From assembly GCF_006345805.1 (NCBI RefSeq), contig NC_043004.1, positions 72,602,001 to 72,666,000 on the forward strand: DNA of 64,000 bases, given 5' to 3'. The position numbers and the translations under genes were made by a program. Origin of the DNA: Octopus sinensis (Eukaryota). This document shows, piece after piece, positions 38,738 through 52,222 of the stretch; position 1 is the first letter of the stretch; every line of letters starts with the position of its first letter. Below the pieces are notes generated by a model that saw only the letters and a program-made list of their open reading frames with translations, did not search any database and was not told the DNA's origin.

Positions 38738-39345
38738 AATATATACATATATATATATATATACATATAATATACATATATATACATATATATATAATTA
38801 ATTAATAAGGTGAGAGAATTAGATACTAATTTAATAGTATATCTATTCTACACCAAGTGGCCTGGCGTGTGATTGAGTGGATTTCATCCAGATAGTTTTG
38901 GCTGAGGAGCTACAAGTGGATTTTTTTTGTAAGTAAAATTACATTTAATTCATTAATAGCGAAACAATTGTCCCAAAATAATCTGTATTTTTGTTATTTT
39001 TTATTTGCCCTGTCCGTGTGAGCTAACAATCGTACTGACTTCATGGAAACATGTATTTTTGTGGTTGAAAACCTTTGGATAACTGGTGCTAGAGTGAGCC
39101 ATATAGTGACCACTCTCTTATATTTATTACATATATATATATATACTTGAGTAATTGAATGAGTTATCTTATTAAGGATAATTCGAAAGATAACCGATAC
39201 CTGGGTAGCAAATTCACATCAGAAAGAACACGGTTGAAGCTACGTCCCTAGGGCATAGACTACGTGTCTTCGTGCGGAAATTTGTATGTTTATTTTAAAA
39301 TTATAAGTATATGAAAGAATGGAGTTGAACGATTAGTTAACAAAT

Positions 39346-39443
39346 ATCCTTTATTCTTGACATATGTTTCGAATGCTGCATATTCCTAATTCCGAAGGAA
39401 TAAGGAGTACATTATGCAGATTTCTCATCAGGAAAATCAAGGA
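39346..39443 (-). ncRNA. Type I hammerhead ribozyme
   Basis: CTGATGA, helix II CTGCATA/TATGCAG, GAAAC-ATAT-GTC, long helix I. Confidence 0.78.
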
Positions 39444-41140
39444 ACGTATGTCGACATCAAAATGCACAAAAAACATTTAGCTGACCGCTCTCAAGGAGCC
39501 CATGGCGATAATGAGTGTCTCTTTTTAATGAGTGACGTCAGAGTGGCTGAATGTAGAAGAATCTAGAAGTTTCTAAAGGTTCAAGAACAAAAAAAAAACT
39601 ATATCTGGTTTGTGATTCCTTTCGGGAACAAATCAGATCTAATCTCCCTTTACAGTTCCGTGAAGCCGTTACTAAGAATTTTCCTAGTAATTCTAGATAC
39701 TACTCCACTATAAATTCGCATAAAGTAAGAATAGCATTCTCAAATACTAAAAATCTTTCGCAGATAATAGCTTCCCACAATAATAAGCTGCTAAATAGGG
39801 TCTCTCCACCCATGAGTAGCGACACACCGCCCTTACCCATTCCATCAAACGTAACATACAATAATAATAATAATAGAAGTAGTATGGATATTAGCAACAT
39901 TCATAGCACATTAGCGTTAGCAATAGTAATAATGATAATAACATTAGCCAGATTATTAACAGTGGTGGTGTTAGTGGTAATAGTACCAGCATTCTTAATA
40001 CAGTTATATTATTGATGATAACAATCGCAGCATTCTGTAGCCAGGGAATTTGCCGACGATAGTAATAATAGTAATGATAATAAGATGAATAGTATCGTGG
40101 CCAAAGCCAGCAACAATTTTTACACCTATCACAACAATAAAAACTCTGTCTTAGTATCGGAAACCAACCCCAACAGATTAAAGTTCCTATCCATAAATTC
40201 CAAAATTAGAAACACCACTTACCAATACAAAATCTCTGCTGGAACCGATGTCTACTTCTATATTGGCGCAACCTCTTCTAAATTAGCCCAAAGGATCTCC
40301 AACCATTATTCCACTTTCAGAGATAAGAGAAAGCAACACAGCACGGGGCTAAGCAAATTAGTCTGGCGTCTGAAGAACAATAACACTACGTTCAAGCTTG
40401 AATGGTCCATTTTGTCGGTGTCCTTCCCGTTTGATAAAGGCAGAAAATTTTGTGGCGTCTGTAATTCCGAACTTTTTCATATTTTGTTCGCCAAAGGCCC
40501 TTTAATAAACACAATCGTCGAAAGATCCTACTGGTGTTTACACTGGAAAAGACACACCTTTCACTCATATAAATAGTGACTAATATAGATAACCCCTCGA
40601 TTTCCAAAAAAAATTTTTTTAATTTTTGCTATATTTTACCCCAATAGTCAAAAAGATATTCTTATATTCCCAATTACTACTATCCATTCTTGCGTTGCCT
40701 CTCACCTCGCCCGATTCTTTCTCCCTTTCGCTATCTACTTTCCTTTCTCTACAGTAAACATAATCGAACAAACACGACCACAGATCTTTCACCTCACAGC
40801 TGTCAGTTTTCTGACATCTACCCATCCACAAACACAATCACGCATTCAGACACACACATACACACATTAAGACAGTTATATACAGTCACACACACAGACA
40901 CACATTCACAAAAGAAATAATTTAAACCCATCATTCTTTTGACCCGCACTCTCTCACATTACTATTCTTATGCCTCCCTCCTCCTACTTCGTTTGAACTC
41001 TTGAACCTTTAGAAACTTCTAGATTCTTCTACATTCAGCCACTCTGACGTCACTCATTATAAAGAGACATTCATTTTCGCCATGGGCTCCTTGAAAGCGG
41101 TCAGCCAAATGTTTTTTGTGCATTTTGATGTCGACATAAG

Positions 41141-41237
41141 TTCCTTGATTTTCCTGATGAGAAATCTGCATAATGTACTCCTTATCCTTCGGAATTAGGA
41201 ATATGCAGCCTTTCGAAACAGCGTCGAGAATAAAGGA
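41141..41237 (+). ncRNA. Type I hammerhead ribozyme
   Basis: CTGATGA 41154-41160, GAAA/TTTC helix II base, GAAAC-AGC-GTC, helix I TCCTTGATTTTC/GAGAATAAAGGA. Confidence 0.78.
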
Positions 41238-41504
41238 TATTTGTTAACTAGTCGTTCAACTCCATTCTTTCATATACTTATAATATATATATATATATAT
41301 ATTATATATATTATATATTATATAATATATTATATATATATATAATATATATACAATATACATATATTATATATAATACATATATATTACACATATATAT
41401 ATATACATATATATATATACATAATATATATACATATATATTATACATATAAATACATATACATATATATATAGACATATATATATACACATATATATAT
41501 ACAC

Positions 41505-41535
<31 letters not shown>

Positions 41536-42039
41536 GGTACATATATATCTATAAATATATTACATATATATATACATATATATCAATATTTACATATATA
41601 TATACATATATATATACAATATAAGATATATACATATATAATATATACATATATAATATATACATATATAATATAATACATATACCATAATATAGATATA
41701 TATATATCATTATATACATATATATATACATATATATATATACATATATATACTACATAATATATAATATATATCATATATATATATATATATATATATG
41801 ATATATATATATATATATATATGAAAAACGCCACTATATTAGATACATTTAATTTCTTATGAATTTTACATGTTCGGTTCTTGAAAATACGAACCTTATC
41901 AAAAATATTACTAAAAAATATTATAAAAAGTGTAATCGAGAAGAAAAAAGTGTAATAGAGAAGTTCATTATCGGTTCTAACTGGTCTCGAACCTTATCAA
42001 AAATATTATACAAAGTGAAAATTGAAAAGTTCATAATCG

Positions 42040-43130
42040 TTTCTTACTGTTAATCGCTATATTCCTGTTGAGTGTATTGAAGAAGTCCATTATTGTTTCT
42101 TGCTGGTATTAAAAGGAACCGCTTTTTTGTTACTTTGTGTTCCAATGGTAGCAACAGTAGTGATTTTTGGTCGTGGTAGTTGGTCGTAATTTTGGCAACC
42201 TTGGTGGTGGTTGGGGTTGACTGTTGATCGTAGCAGCAAAAAGTGGTGGGTTCACTGGCACTGTTCACTGACGTCACATAATTCCAAACCAATCAAAACC
42301 AAACTTCAACGAATACAAGGTAAAGACCCCCAACTGTATCCTGTAAGGAAACCAACCAAGTAGAACGACAAGCTTGACCGCGGAAGAAAAACGTCATCAA
42401 TTTGTTAACGAATCAAAATCAGATCTGCTCGTAGAAAAAAAAATTTTCTTTATAAATTCATTTTTCCCTAAAACGTACCACTGCTAGTGGGAGTGATTGT
42501 TTAAAGATCTGAGAAATTGTAATTCCACAATTGTAATTGTGGTAGAATTTCATTTTTCCTTTCGGAAGACCAATGTTTTGTTTTAATTTTCCTGGCCCAG
42601 GGTGTTCAAACTTGGTCTAAATTTTTTGATGAAATAAAGTTCTTTATTTTGGCGTTCGGTGAAGGTTACGCTGTCACTGAATTTGTAAAGTGGGTAAGTT
42701 GTAAATTTCGGATTTTCATTTGTAGCACATCTATCTATGTGTCCGCTGACCGGCATTTTCCGGTATTCAGGGTTTCTAATTTGGGATTTATGCACCGCCA
42801 TACTTTTACGTAAGCTATTTTTTGTATGGCCTATATACTGCCTATTTCAGCCTGCGCATGTTAAGACGTAAATTAAGTTTTCTGATGCACAGGTGAAGTT
42901 TGTTCTAATGGTGAACTGATGACCTTGTTCTAGTATAAATTCTGAACCTTCTACCAAGATGACACAGATTCCGCAGTTGGGCCTTCCACATTTTTTAACT
43001 GCTGGTTTTGTGGTTGATGTTGAGTGGCATTTAGCTTGGGTTAAAATCCTTTTCAAGGATTTTGGTTGCCGTTTACTTTTAATGATGGTGTGTGTTTCGA
43101 GGATCTGGTTCATCTTTGGGTCTCCCTTTA
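42040..43130 (-). mobile_element. Penelope-like element 3' end, Neptune-type Cys linker plus GIY-YIG
   Basis: CGRPNCGIC...FTCASENLIYVLTCAG*NRQYIGHT...E...IKKF...LN; a single in-frame TGA at 42847-42849. Confidence 0.85.
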
Positions 43131-43331
43131 CATATATATATACATATATACATACATATATATACATATATATACATATACATGAAATGATCGTAGTGTT
43201 ATATTAATTATATTTTTTTAATAATTTTGTTATATATTTAAATAATATAAATGAAATAATCTTATGTATTGGCTTAAGTTTTTCATTGTATATGATTTGC
43301 CTAATAGTGGTTTTATCTCTAATTTAATATA

Positions 43332-43378
<47 letters not shown>

Positions 43379-43614
43379 ATATATGCTCTCTGTTTATTTC
43401 ATCGTGTTCCTCTCTGTTGAAGAGCGTAGGCTCGAAACATAAAAGACTTTTTCACCATCCCGGGCGTTAAACTAATACACCTGTGTGTTGCTTTACACAC
43501 CTGTCTTCGTCTTCTGATTTTTGTAAATTTCATTAATATATATATATATGTATGAGTGTGTATATATGTGTATGTATATATGTATACGTGTGTATATATA
43601 TATACTTTATAATA

Positions 43615-43775
43615 AGGGTTCAGCAAAGATTTGCTTTACCACATACCGAAGTTTAGAAATAGCAGCCAAAAACCTTAGCTATTTGTTCTACTTTAGCTAT
43701 TTCTTCTACTTCTAAGATTTATGGCTGCTATTTCTAAGCTTCGGTATGTGGTAAAGCAAATCTTTGCTGAACCCT
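43615..43775. repeat. Small foldback element
   Basis: ~55 bp inverted arms. Confidence 0.8.
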
Positions 43776-43882
43776 AATTATGAAATATTACTTAAGTTTA
43801 CCGTGAAATGGTCCTTTTTCATGCCGAATTCTACTTAGTGAAATTATTGATTACTTCTTAATTAATCAATTTTACCCTTTGT

Positions 43883-43925
<43 letters not shown>

Positions 43926-44045
43926 ATTTAACAATAGGATAACATCTCATAAGAATTTATCATGTAGTTAGCGTGAAAAACCTCATAAGAGAAAAAAACC
44001 ATCAATTTTTTTCATTTAAATGTATTTATTTACATTATATAGTGG

Positions 44046-44254
44046 GCATTATTACACATAAGTGCCACACGCTAGGAGGGACTTTTAAAGTCAAAACTAC
44101 TAAAATAAATAAACACATCGAACCGAATGAAATTCTCGAAGCAAGTCATATATGAATTCCTTCGAGAATTGCATTCGGTTCGATATGTCTATTTATTTCA
44201 GTAGTTTTGACTTTAAAGTCCCTTCTAGCGTGTGGCATTTATGTGTAATAATGC
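44046..44254. repeat. Foldback, ~95 bp arms
   Basis: Inverted arms with a ~20 nt loop. Confidence 0.85.
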
Positions 44255-44266
44255 TCTCTCTCTCCT

Positions 44267-44399
<133 letters not shown>

Positions 44400-44716
44400 T
44401 AGCATATACAGCTGTGTGTGTGCGCACATACACGCGTGTACTGTCCAAATCTCCGACCAATCACATACAGCTAGCTGGCATTCAATTGGCGTATGAAGTT
44501 TCGGGCATTTTGATTAAGTTTTGGATAGAAAATTCACAAAAAAGTCACTTCTATTGATTTTTTAATGGCTTTGCGGGGTGACTGGAGAAATGTAAAGATG
44601 TGCACGACCACCCTTGGACGGTTTTGAATGATCATAGAAAGTGCGAGCCCTCTAACTGAAAAATTGTGGATTTGTATAAAGGACACACACGCAGACATTT
44701 TGCCGTTTATAATATA

Positions 44717-45330
44717 CTAGCAAAATTGCCCGGCGTTGCTCGGGGCTCAATTGCTTGAAAGTACTGTTAATGATTGCACTGAATTATGATGATTATTCAG
44801 GCAAATATTGATATAAGCTTACGGTGGGAGATAAGGACTTAACGATCAAACGTGTGCCATTGCATTGTTTTGGGGGAACCAAATTTCTTATGAGCATTAT
44901 AGGGGCACCAACTTAAAGTTTGAGAAAGTGTGGTGGTAGTCCGGGGTGCTCAAAGGAATTGAGTACCTATATTGGATAGTTGATGACGTCCTCTGGGTCA
45001 GGAGTTGTATCGATAGACTGATATACATAGACTTCCCCAGGAATGAGTTTTAGCATTTCATCATTAATATGGTGAACAGTTTTATTCCTCGGGGCCAGTA
45101 TAGCCTTTTTGCCAATCCAATCCATATTCTGATAATTAGCTTGTAGATCTGGGAACACTGCATCTCTGAGATCAGAAGGCGTCTTAACAATGGTACAAAT
45201 GGAATCGATGGCAATATTACCATTTTCATCCCCTGGTATTTTGCCTTCGCCAAGTGCAAGGAGGGTGTGAGGAAATGCTGCTGATGTGATATTACGTCGC
45301 ATATGAGCACGCATATTGGTGTGAATTTTG
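44717..45330 (-). mobile_element. Helitron remnant: PIF1-like helicase fragment plus 3' hairpin and CTAG
   Basis: KAILAPRNKTVHHINDEMLKLIPGE...SID; GC hairpin then CTAG at 44717-44720. Confidence 0.85.
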
Positions 45331-45561
45331 AGAGTTACTTCCCTTTATTAAAAAAAATATGCATTAAAATGGAAAAAAATGATGGTAAATTATTTGTAAA
45401 ATCATAGACTCATCGTAGACGTGCGCCAATACCCAGAAGGGCTCGATATGAATCACGACTATAAGATACTCGGTTTTGGTTAAACTGCATCGCAAAATGT
45501 GGGAGTAGTTAGGAATCTAAATCGGAGTAGACAGACACACAACCTTTCTTTTATATATAAA

Positions 45562-46075
45562 TATTTTCGTCCTAAAAAACTTTGTATGGCTTGAATGGTT
45601 ACCTCTGTGGAAATATATACACGCACATTATACATACATGTGTGTATAGATGAATATATAAATACATTTAAATATCTATATACACTTTTGGGCGATCTTT
45701 CTGTTTCTTAGAGATAACTTTAGATCTTATTTTCGTCCTAAAAAACTTTGTATGGAGTGAATGGTTACCTCTATGGAAATATATACACACACGTTATACA
45801 TACATGTGTGCATAGATGAATATATAAATACATTTAAATATCTATATACACTTTTGGGCGATCTTTGTGCTACTTGTATATACTTTATATCTTATATTCG
45901 TCCTAAAAACTTTATATGGAGTGAAAGGTTACCCCTATGGAAATATATACACACACATTATACATACATCTGTGTATAGATGAATATATAAATACATTTA
46001 AATATCTATATACACTTTTGGGTGATCTTTCTGCTACTTGGATATAGGTCTTATATTCGTCCTAAAAAACTTTCC
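45562..46075. repeat. Tandem repeat, ~165 bp x3
   Basis: Units begin TTCGTCCTAAAAAAC. Confidence 0.88.
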
Positions 46076-46249
46076 TGTCACACACTCACGCACACGCACA
46101 CACACACACACACACCCACCCTTACACACACACACACGCACACACACACACTCACACACACGCACACACACGTTAGCTTACAATTTTATTTATATATTTG
46201 CGTGTCTATGTGTGTAAAGAGGAAGTGGCAGACTGAAAGAGTCACTCAC

Positions 46250-47453
46250 TACAAAAAGTGAATTACTTTCACTTTATTCGTTGCACACTGTGTGTGTGCG
46301 TGTTCGTGTGGTGTAGGCCACACTAAGAGAAGCATTTGACTTAGACACCACAATGTGAGTTTTCTCTAAATTTTGCTTAATTGTGGTTGAAAATTTAAAA
46401 ACTGGACCTGGCACGACCCGATGCATTCTACTCTTAAAAATGCTAGGTAAATTGTAATTGAAGAAATCCTATATTGTAGATTTCTATAAGATACAAAGGG
46501 AGGCAGATAAAATCTGCCTTTTATAATAAGAGATAGAGATAACTCATATTCATATTACAATATTATTTTGTTACTTCTGAAAGAATTAATAAAATTTGGA
46601 TATATACTATTTATATAGTCATTTATAAAAAAATAATATTAATTAAATCAAATCCTCGTATTTGTTTATTGTTATTTTATTTACTGAGTTCTCTCTTCAA
46701 TAACATACGGATATAAGGAGATTTGCTTGTTAGTTACTGTGAATAATACTTATTTAAGTAACTTCAAATCTGGTTACTTTTGAAAAACTAGTAATATCTT
46801 GATATCCATTGTTATAGCCTAACTCTATATCAATATATGGGGTAATATGTTTATCATCATCATCATCATCGTTTAACGTCCGCTTTCCATGCTAGCATGG
46901 GTTGGACGATTTGACTGAGGGCTGGCGAACCAGATGGCTGCATCAGGCTTCAATCTTGATCTGGCAGAGTTTCTACAGCTGGATGCCCTTCCTAACGCCA
47001 ACCACCCCAGAGTATAGTGGGTACTTTTACGTGCCACCGGCACGGGGGCCAGTCAGGCAGTACTGGCTACGACCTCGCACGAATCTTTATTTACATGCCA
47101 CCGGCACAGGTGCGAGAAGGGCGATGCTGGTAACGATCACGCTCGAATGGTGCCTTTTATGTGCCACCGGCACAGAAGCCAGTTAGCTGCTCTGGCAATG
47201 ATCACACTCGGATGGTGCTCTTAGCAACCTACTAGCACAGGGCTCAAGTGCCAGTAAGGCGATGCTGGTAACGATCACGCTCGAATGGTGCCCTTTTACG
47301 TGCCACCGGCATGGAAGCCAGTTATCCACTCTGTCAACGATCACACTCGTATGGTGCCAGTCATCGAATTTGATTTTGATTTTGATTTCATTGTTTATAT
47401 GTATGAATACATTCTATATAATGATATATATCTACGTGTGTGTGTGTGTGTGT

Positions 47454-47484
<31 letters not shown>

Positions 47485-49435
47485 TTATATATAGACACAG
47501 GCACACAAGCATCGATGTATGGTGGAGATACTAGCCAGCTTTATTGATTTTTTGTCTCAGTCTCACGCCGTGTCACTTCGTTCACACATCTACAAAATCC
47601 CTCTCCGTGGATTTCGTAGTGGGAAACTTAAAACGCCCTTTATATATATATATACTAGCAGTATCGCCCGGCGTTGCTCGGGTTTGTTTCGACCCGCTGG
47701 AATTGTAATTTTGAAAAGTAAAAATTTTGTGAACATTTTTCTGGTCGAAATATACCGAAAAGTGGCGACACAGCAGTGAAAAAATCGTAAAAAATAGGGA
47801 TTTTCATAGAAAAAATGCACCTTTTTGATGTAAATAATTTTTGGTGTTAACATGGTCCGATTTGAATTTTATGTTCTACGGAAGGAAGAGCAACCCTTCT
47901 TCTATCATACTCTCAATTTTGGTCAACTTGCGCCGCAGGGTCTCGGAGGAGATAGTGTTATTGAAGGCTACCAAACGTGGCGCACACAGACAACTTCAGC
48001 TTTATATAGAGATAACACACACACATTAATACACATACATAGACACACACATACATGTATGTATGGATGTATATATGTACATCTGTCCACTTCTTGCAAT
48101 ATTTTTATCCTTCACTTCCTACACACACACACACACACACACCACACACACACAACACACACACACCTTATTAGCTTACAATTTCTTTCTGTCAACAATT
48201 GACAACAGAAGTACGCTCGCCAATTAATACTACCAAAATTTAACGACAGAAAGTAAATTAAAAACCAATTTACCTTTTCTGTATTGTTATGGCAATTCGA
48301 CCGTCGGTGTGTTTTTGCAAATGTGTTCGAATGAGAAGTGAGTTGTGTTTGGCGCCTTTTTTACTAATAACAAACACACACGTGTTTGTATGTAGTTGTT
48401 TGAAACGTTTGTGTTTTTCACTGTCATATATGTATGTGTATGCGTGTGTGTGAGGAATGGCAAACCAGATAGATAGCGCGCGAAGTTCTTTTGAAGTTCG
48501 CGCTCCGCTTGTGTGTGTGTGTGTGTGCGTGATTTAGGTCTACGTAGGTATGTGTTTTTGTGTGTGTGTCACTGAAGCCATACATACATATATACATACA
48601 TAACCTCTCTCTCTCTTTTCTCTCTCAGTCACTCACTACAAAAAGTGAATAAAAAAAGTTCAGTTATCTCTGTCTTTCACACATACACACACAGCACAAC
48701 ATTACTCTCTCTGTCTCTTTACACACACTAACAAAAGCACTTCACTTACACACCACACTTTCTGTGTCGCACACCCCATCAAACACACACACACACTCAC
48801 GCACGCACACATGTACATCAATGCTTTCGGAGTGAAATGTTAAAATATTGAGTTTTCTCGATTTTGTCTTAATTGGGGGTGAAATTGAAAGAAATTTTGT
48901 ATGGCATGACCGAATGGAAGTACTTTGAAAAATCATAGGTAAACTCTAATTGAAGAATTGTGTGAGGAGTAAATCTTATGTATTATTTTTTTCTTTTTGC
49001 TGTGTTTTTTTTTTAGTAGTGGTTTAAGGTACACTTGCAAAGAGAAAGTATGAGAAATTATGGTGATAACATGAGTGATCCGTTTTATATAAATACTTTC
49101 ACTTTAATCGTTGCACACTTGCAAAGAGAAGGAGGAGAAATTAGGGTGATAGCGTGAGTGAAGCAGATCGCTCCGTTTTTGTGTGTGTGTGCGTGTGTGT
49201 GTGTGTGTGTTGCTGTAGCCCCACTAAGAAAAGCACTTCACTTCACACCACAATGTGAGTTTTTCTCGAAATTTTGCTTAATTAGGGTGAAATTTAAAAA
49301 CTGGACCTGGTACGACCCGATGTATTCTACTCTTAAAAATGCTAGGTAAATTGTAATTGAAGAAATCCTATATTGTAGATTTCTATAAGAGACAAAGGGA
49401 GGCAGATAAAATCTGCCTTTTATAATAAGAGATAT
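46250..49435 (-). mobile_element. Cluster of non-autonomous Helitron-like and other repeats
   Basis: 46260-46535, 48640-48960 and 49050-49435 are mutually similar; 47655-48012 has TC and hairpin-CTAG ends; 46860-47390 is a separate repeat with internal TGCCACCGGCAC units. Confidence 0.6.
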
Positions 49436-49464
49436 CAAAATAAAAACATGATGCAAAGGATTTA

Positions 49465-49551
49465 GCGGTACATATGTTTCGGGCCTTTATTAGATGGTTT
49501 ATAACAATGCATAATTGATGTAAATGTGTGTCTATAGCCTTCTTCAGCCGC
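49465..49551 (-). ncRNA. Type I hammerhead ribozyme in a decayed PLE 3' end
   Basis: GCGG-CTGAAGA-AGGC...GGCCC-GAAAC-ATAT-GTA-CCGC. Confidence 0.72.
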
Positions 49552-50398
49552 GTACAATTACTACTTCAAGGACATGTATTACATTATAAGTTTTATGTTG
49601 GGGATGCAAATCCTCAAAATCGCGTACGACAGAGCGAGGCACCAGAAGAAAATCAAAGCGTCCATTCCGTTTTTCACTCGATGTAGAATGAGGAAGTTTG
49701 GATGTTGAGATAGAGAGGGAAGGGGTTGGGGTGAATCTTTAGTGAGTTAGGGATCACAAAGAGGAAGGGTAGTATGTGCAAAAGGTAGTAAAAGAGAAAA
49801 AATTACAAAAGAGTAAAAATCTAAAAAATATATATAAGGATATAAGAATATAAAAAAAAATATATATATATAAGAATATAAAAAAAGTATCCAAGTATAT
49901 AAATATATAAATACATAAATACACACAGACGTGAAAAAAACATGGGAGTATAAATAAATAGAGATAAAGATAAAGAAGCGAAAAAATAAGGACGAAAAAA
50001 AATAAGAATAAGAAAATTTTTTAAAATATATAAAGAAATATAAAGGGATGAAGAAATGTGAAGGGGTGAAGAACAAAAAGGGTGGTCAGGAGATAACGCA
50101 AGGTACGGAAAGATGCCATATTCCGGTTGTTGAAGCCTAAGGGTGTAATGGCGGGTGTCATAAATTAACTTAAATGTCTGGAGACCAAGTGGATGGTCGA
50201 TCTCGGTTGTCTGGTTTGTGGTTAAACAGTTTATCTACTTCCTCGTAAATTGTCTTTGTTACTAATGGTCAACATGTACATACATACATGCATGCATACA
50301 TATACACATCCACACGTATATATACATACGTACTCTCGTGTAAAAATACCGACAGGAATACGCATATACATACGTCCCGCTACGTACAGATACCTAAA

Positions 50399-50453
<55 letters not shown>

Positions 50454-50502
50454 ATGAAAAACAAGTCAAAATAGAAAATGCTAAAATACTTTTAAAGAAC
50501 AT

Positions 50503-50544
50503 TTCAGTACCGGTTTCGGTCATTTTGAGACCTTTTCAACTGTA
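50503..50544 (-). ncRNA. Minimal hammerhead, U3-A8 core variant
   Basis: CAG-TTGAAAA-GGTC-loop-GACC-GAAAC-CG-GTA-CTG. Confidence 0.68.
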
Positions 50545-50702
50545 ACGATTAAATAATTAAATTTAGAAAAATTAAAAGAAAAGTTATTTTAAAGGAATAT
50601 TTGTATAGGTGTTCAAATATAAGTGGCATTCTGCCTTTCTCTGTCTCCCTTGTTTGCACTTGTGTGTTCGAGGCCATTGTGGCGCCGTGTAATATATTAT
50701 AT

Positions 50703-50745
<43 letters not shown>

Positions 50746-50866
50746 CACACACATATATGTACACATACATATACATATGTGTGTGCGTGTGAGTGAGAGA
50801 TCGTGAGATACTGTTATCACTGTGTTCCATTTATATATACTGTTCTAACGATCTTTCTCTATACAG

Positions 50867-50943
50867 CCTGGTTTATAAAAGAGTTCGTAGAACGTGCCGC
50901 AGATGTTGTAAAGGATGGACTGGCACGCCTAGAAAATGCAAAG
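50867..50943 (+). CDS. Gene R exon 3: C-terminal half of the EMI-like domain (LVYKRVRRTCRRCCKGWTGTPRKCK)
   Basis: TCTTTCTCTATACAG acceptor, AAG|GTAATG donor, 77 nt, phase 2 to 1. Confidence 0.9.
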
Positions 50944-51025
50944 GTAATGACAGTTGCTTAATATTCTACAGATATTACATGTAGTTAATGAGTGATATTT
51001 ATATCATATTGTGTATTTTATTTGA

Positions 51026-51500
51026 GAACGAGCAGTATCGCCCGGCGTTGCCCGGGTTTGTTTCGACCCTTTAGAATTGAAATTTTTGAAAAGTAAAAAT
51101 TTTACATTATGTGGCTTGTTATTCTCTTTGAGTGAACATTTTTCTGGTTGAAATACACTGAAAAATGGCGACATAGCAGTCAAAAAATCGTAAAAAATAG
51201 GGATTTTCATAGAAAAAATGCACCTTTTTGATGTAAATAATTTTTGGTGTTAACATGGTTTATGTTCTACGGAAGGAAGAGCAACCCTTCTTCTATCATA
51301 CTCTCAATTTTGGTCAACTTGCGCCGTAGGGTCTCGGAGGAGATAGTGTTAGTTGAAGGCTACCAAACGTGGCGCACACAGACAACTTCAGCTTTATATT
51401 TATAGATATACTAGCAGTATCGCCCGGCGTTGCTCGGGTTTGTAAGGGAAATAACTATATAAGCATTTTTAGAGAGTTATAGCCAAAAAATAGGAAAAAA
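51026..51500 (-). mobile_element. Tandem non-autonomous Helitron copies
   Basis: 51026-51406 duplicates 47655-48012; another hairpin-CTAG end at 51411-51440. Confidence 0.75.
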
Positions 51501-51869
51501 GACCCTGAAACATGCGTGTCTCCAGATGCAGGCCTAGCTGTTGGGGGTATTTGTCTCCTCTTCGTAAATATATAAGGACACAGGAAATGTGTCAAGGCCA
51601 ACAGGAAGCGTCGATGCTTCCTAGGGCTAAACAGCGGTGGTGTAATTCCCTTACTGTCACATTAAGTTGACAGTAAACAACCACTCTATCGCTCCACCAC
51701 CGTACATATCTCTATGAGATATTTAGAAATTTAATATTTCTGACTAGCAATTTTAATACTTATGAAATCCTCGCTCTGCATTGAAAAAAAACACGAAATC
51801 CTCCCCCATGCATTTAGCAATAGAATGCTTCTTTACGTGTACTTGAAAGGGGAATCACCTCCCTCCGAC

Positions 51870-52222
51870 AAGTCATCCTAACGAGACGTCTGCGTTGGCT
51901 GGGTCATGCCCTCCGTCGTCAATCAGAAGAATTCATCTACGAAGCAATGGCCTCAGCTCCCCTTCAAGGTTGGCGAAAGCGATGTGATGGACAACGAAAA
52001 ACCTGGCTGATGACGGTCAAGGCTGACCTGGAACCCAACCTACGAAGAAATGGCCCCAGCTCCCCTAGGCCCCCATATCTACGGCGTCCGCCGCTGGAAT
52101 AAGGAGTTGTTGGAGATCACATGGTCGTTAGCCTTAAATCGCCAGACCTGACCGGCGTTTGTGAGAGATGCAGCATTGAGGATGAACGAAGCCAGCTCAA
52201 TCCACCCCGGGTGAATGCTGTA
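51870..52222 (+). mobile_element. RTE-like LINE 3' end
   Basis: RRLRWLGHALRR...GQRKTWLMTVKADLE...NRQTW-like; ends in (GAA)n. Confidence 0.75.

Larger units (their letters stand above)
39300..41284 (+). mobile_element. Second Naiad-like PLE fragment (GIY-YIG) between ~285 bp inverted terminal repeats
   Basis: ORF 40085-40576 homologous to the C-terminus of 21173-22735; 39300-39587 versus 40998-41284 inverted. Confidence 0.88.
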
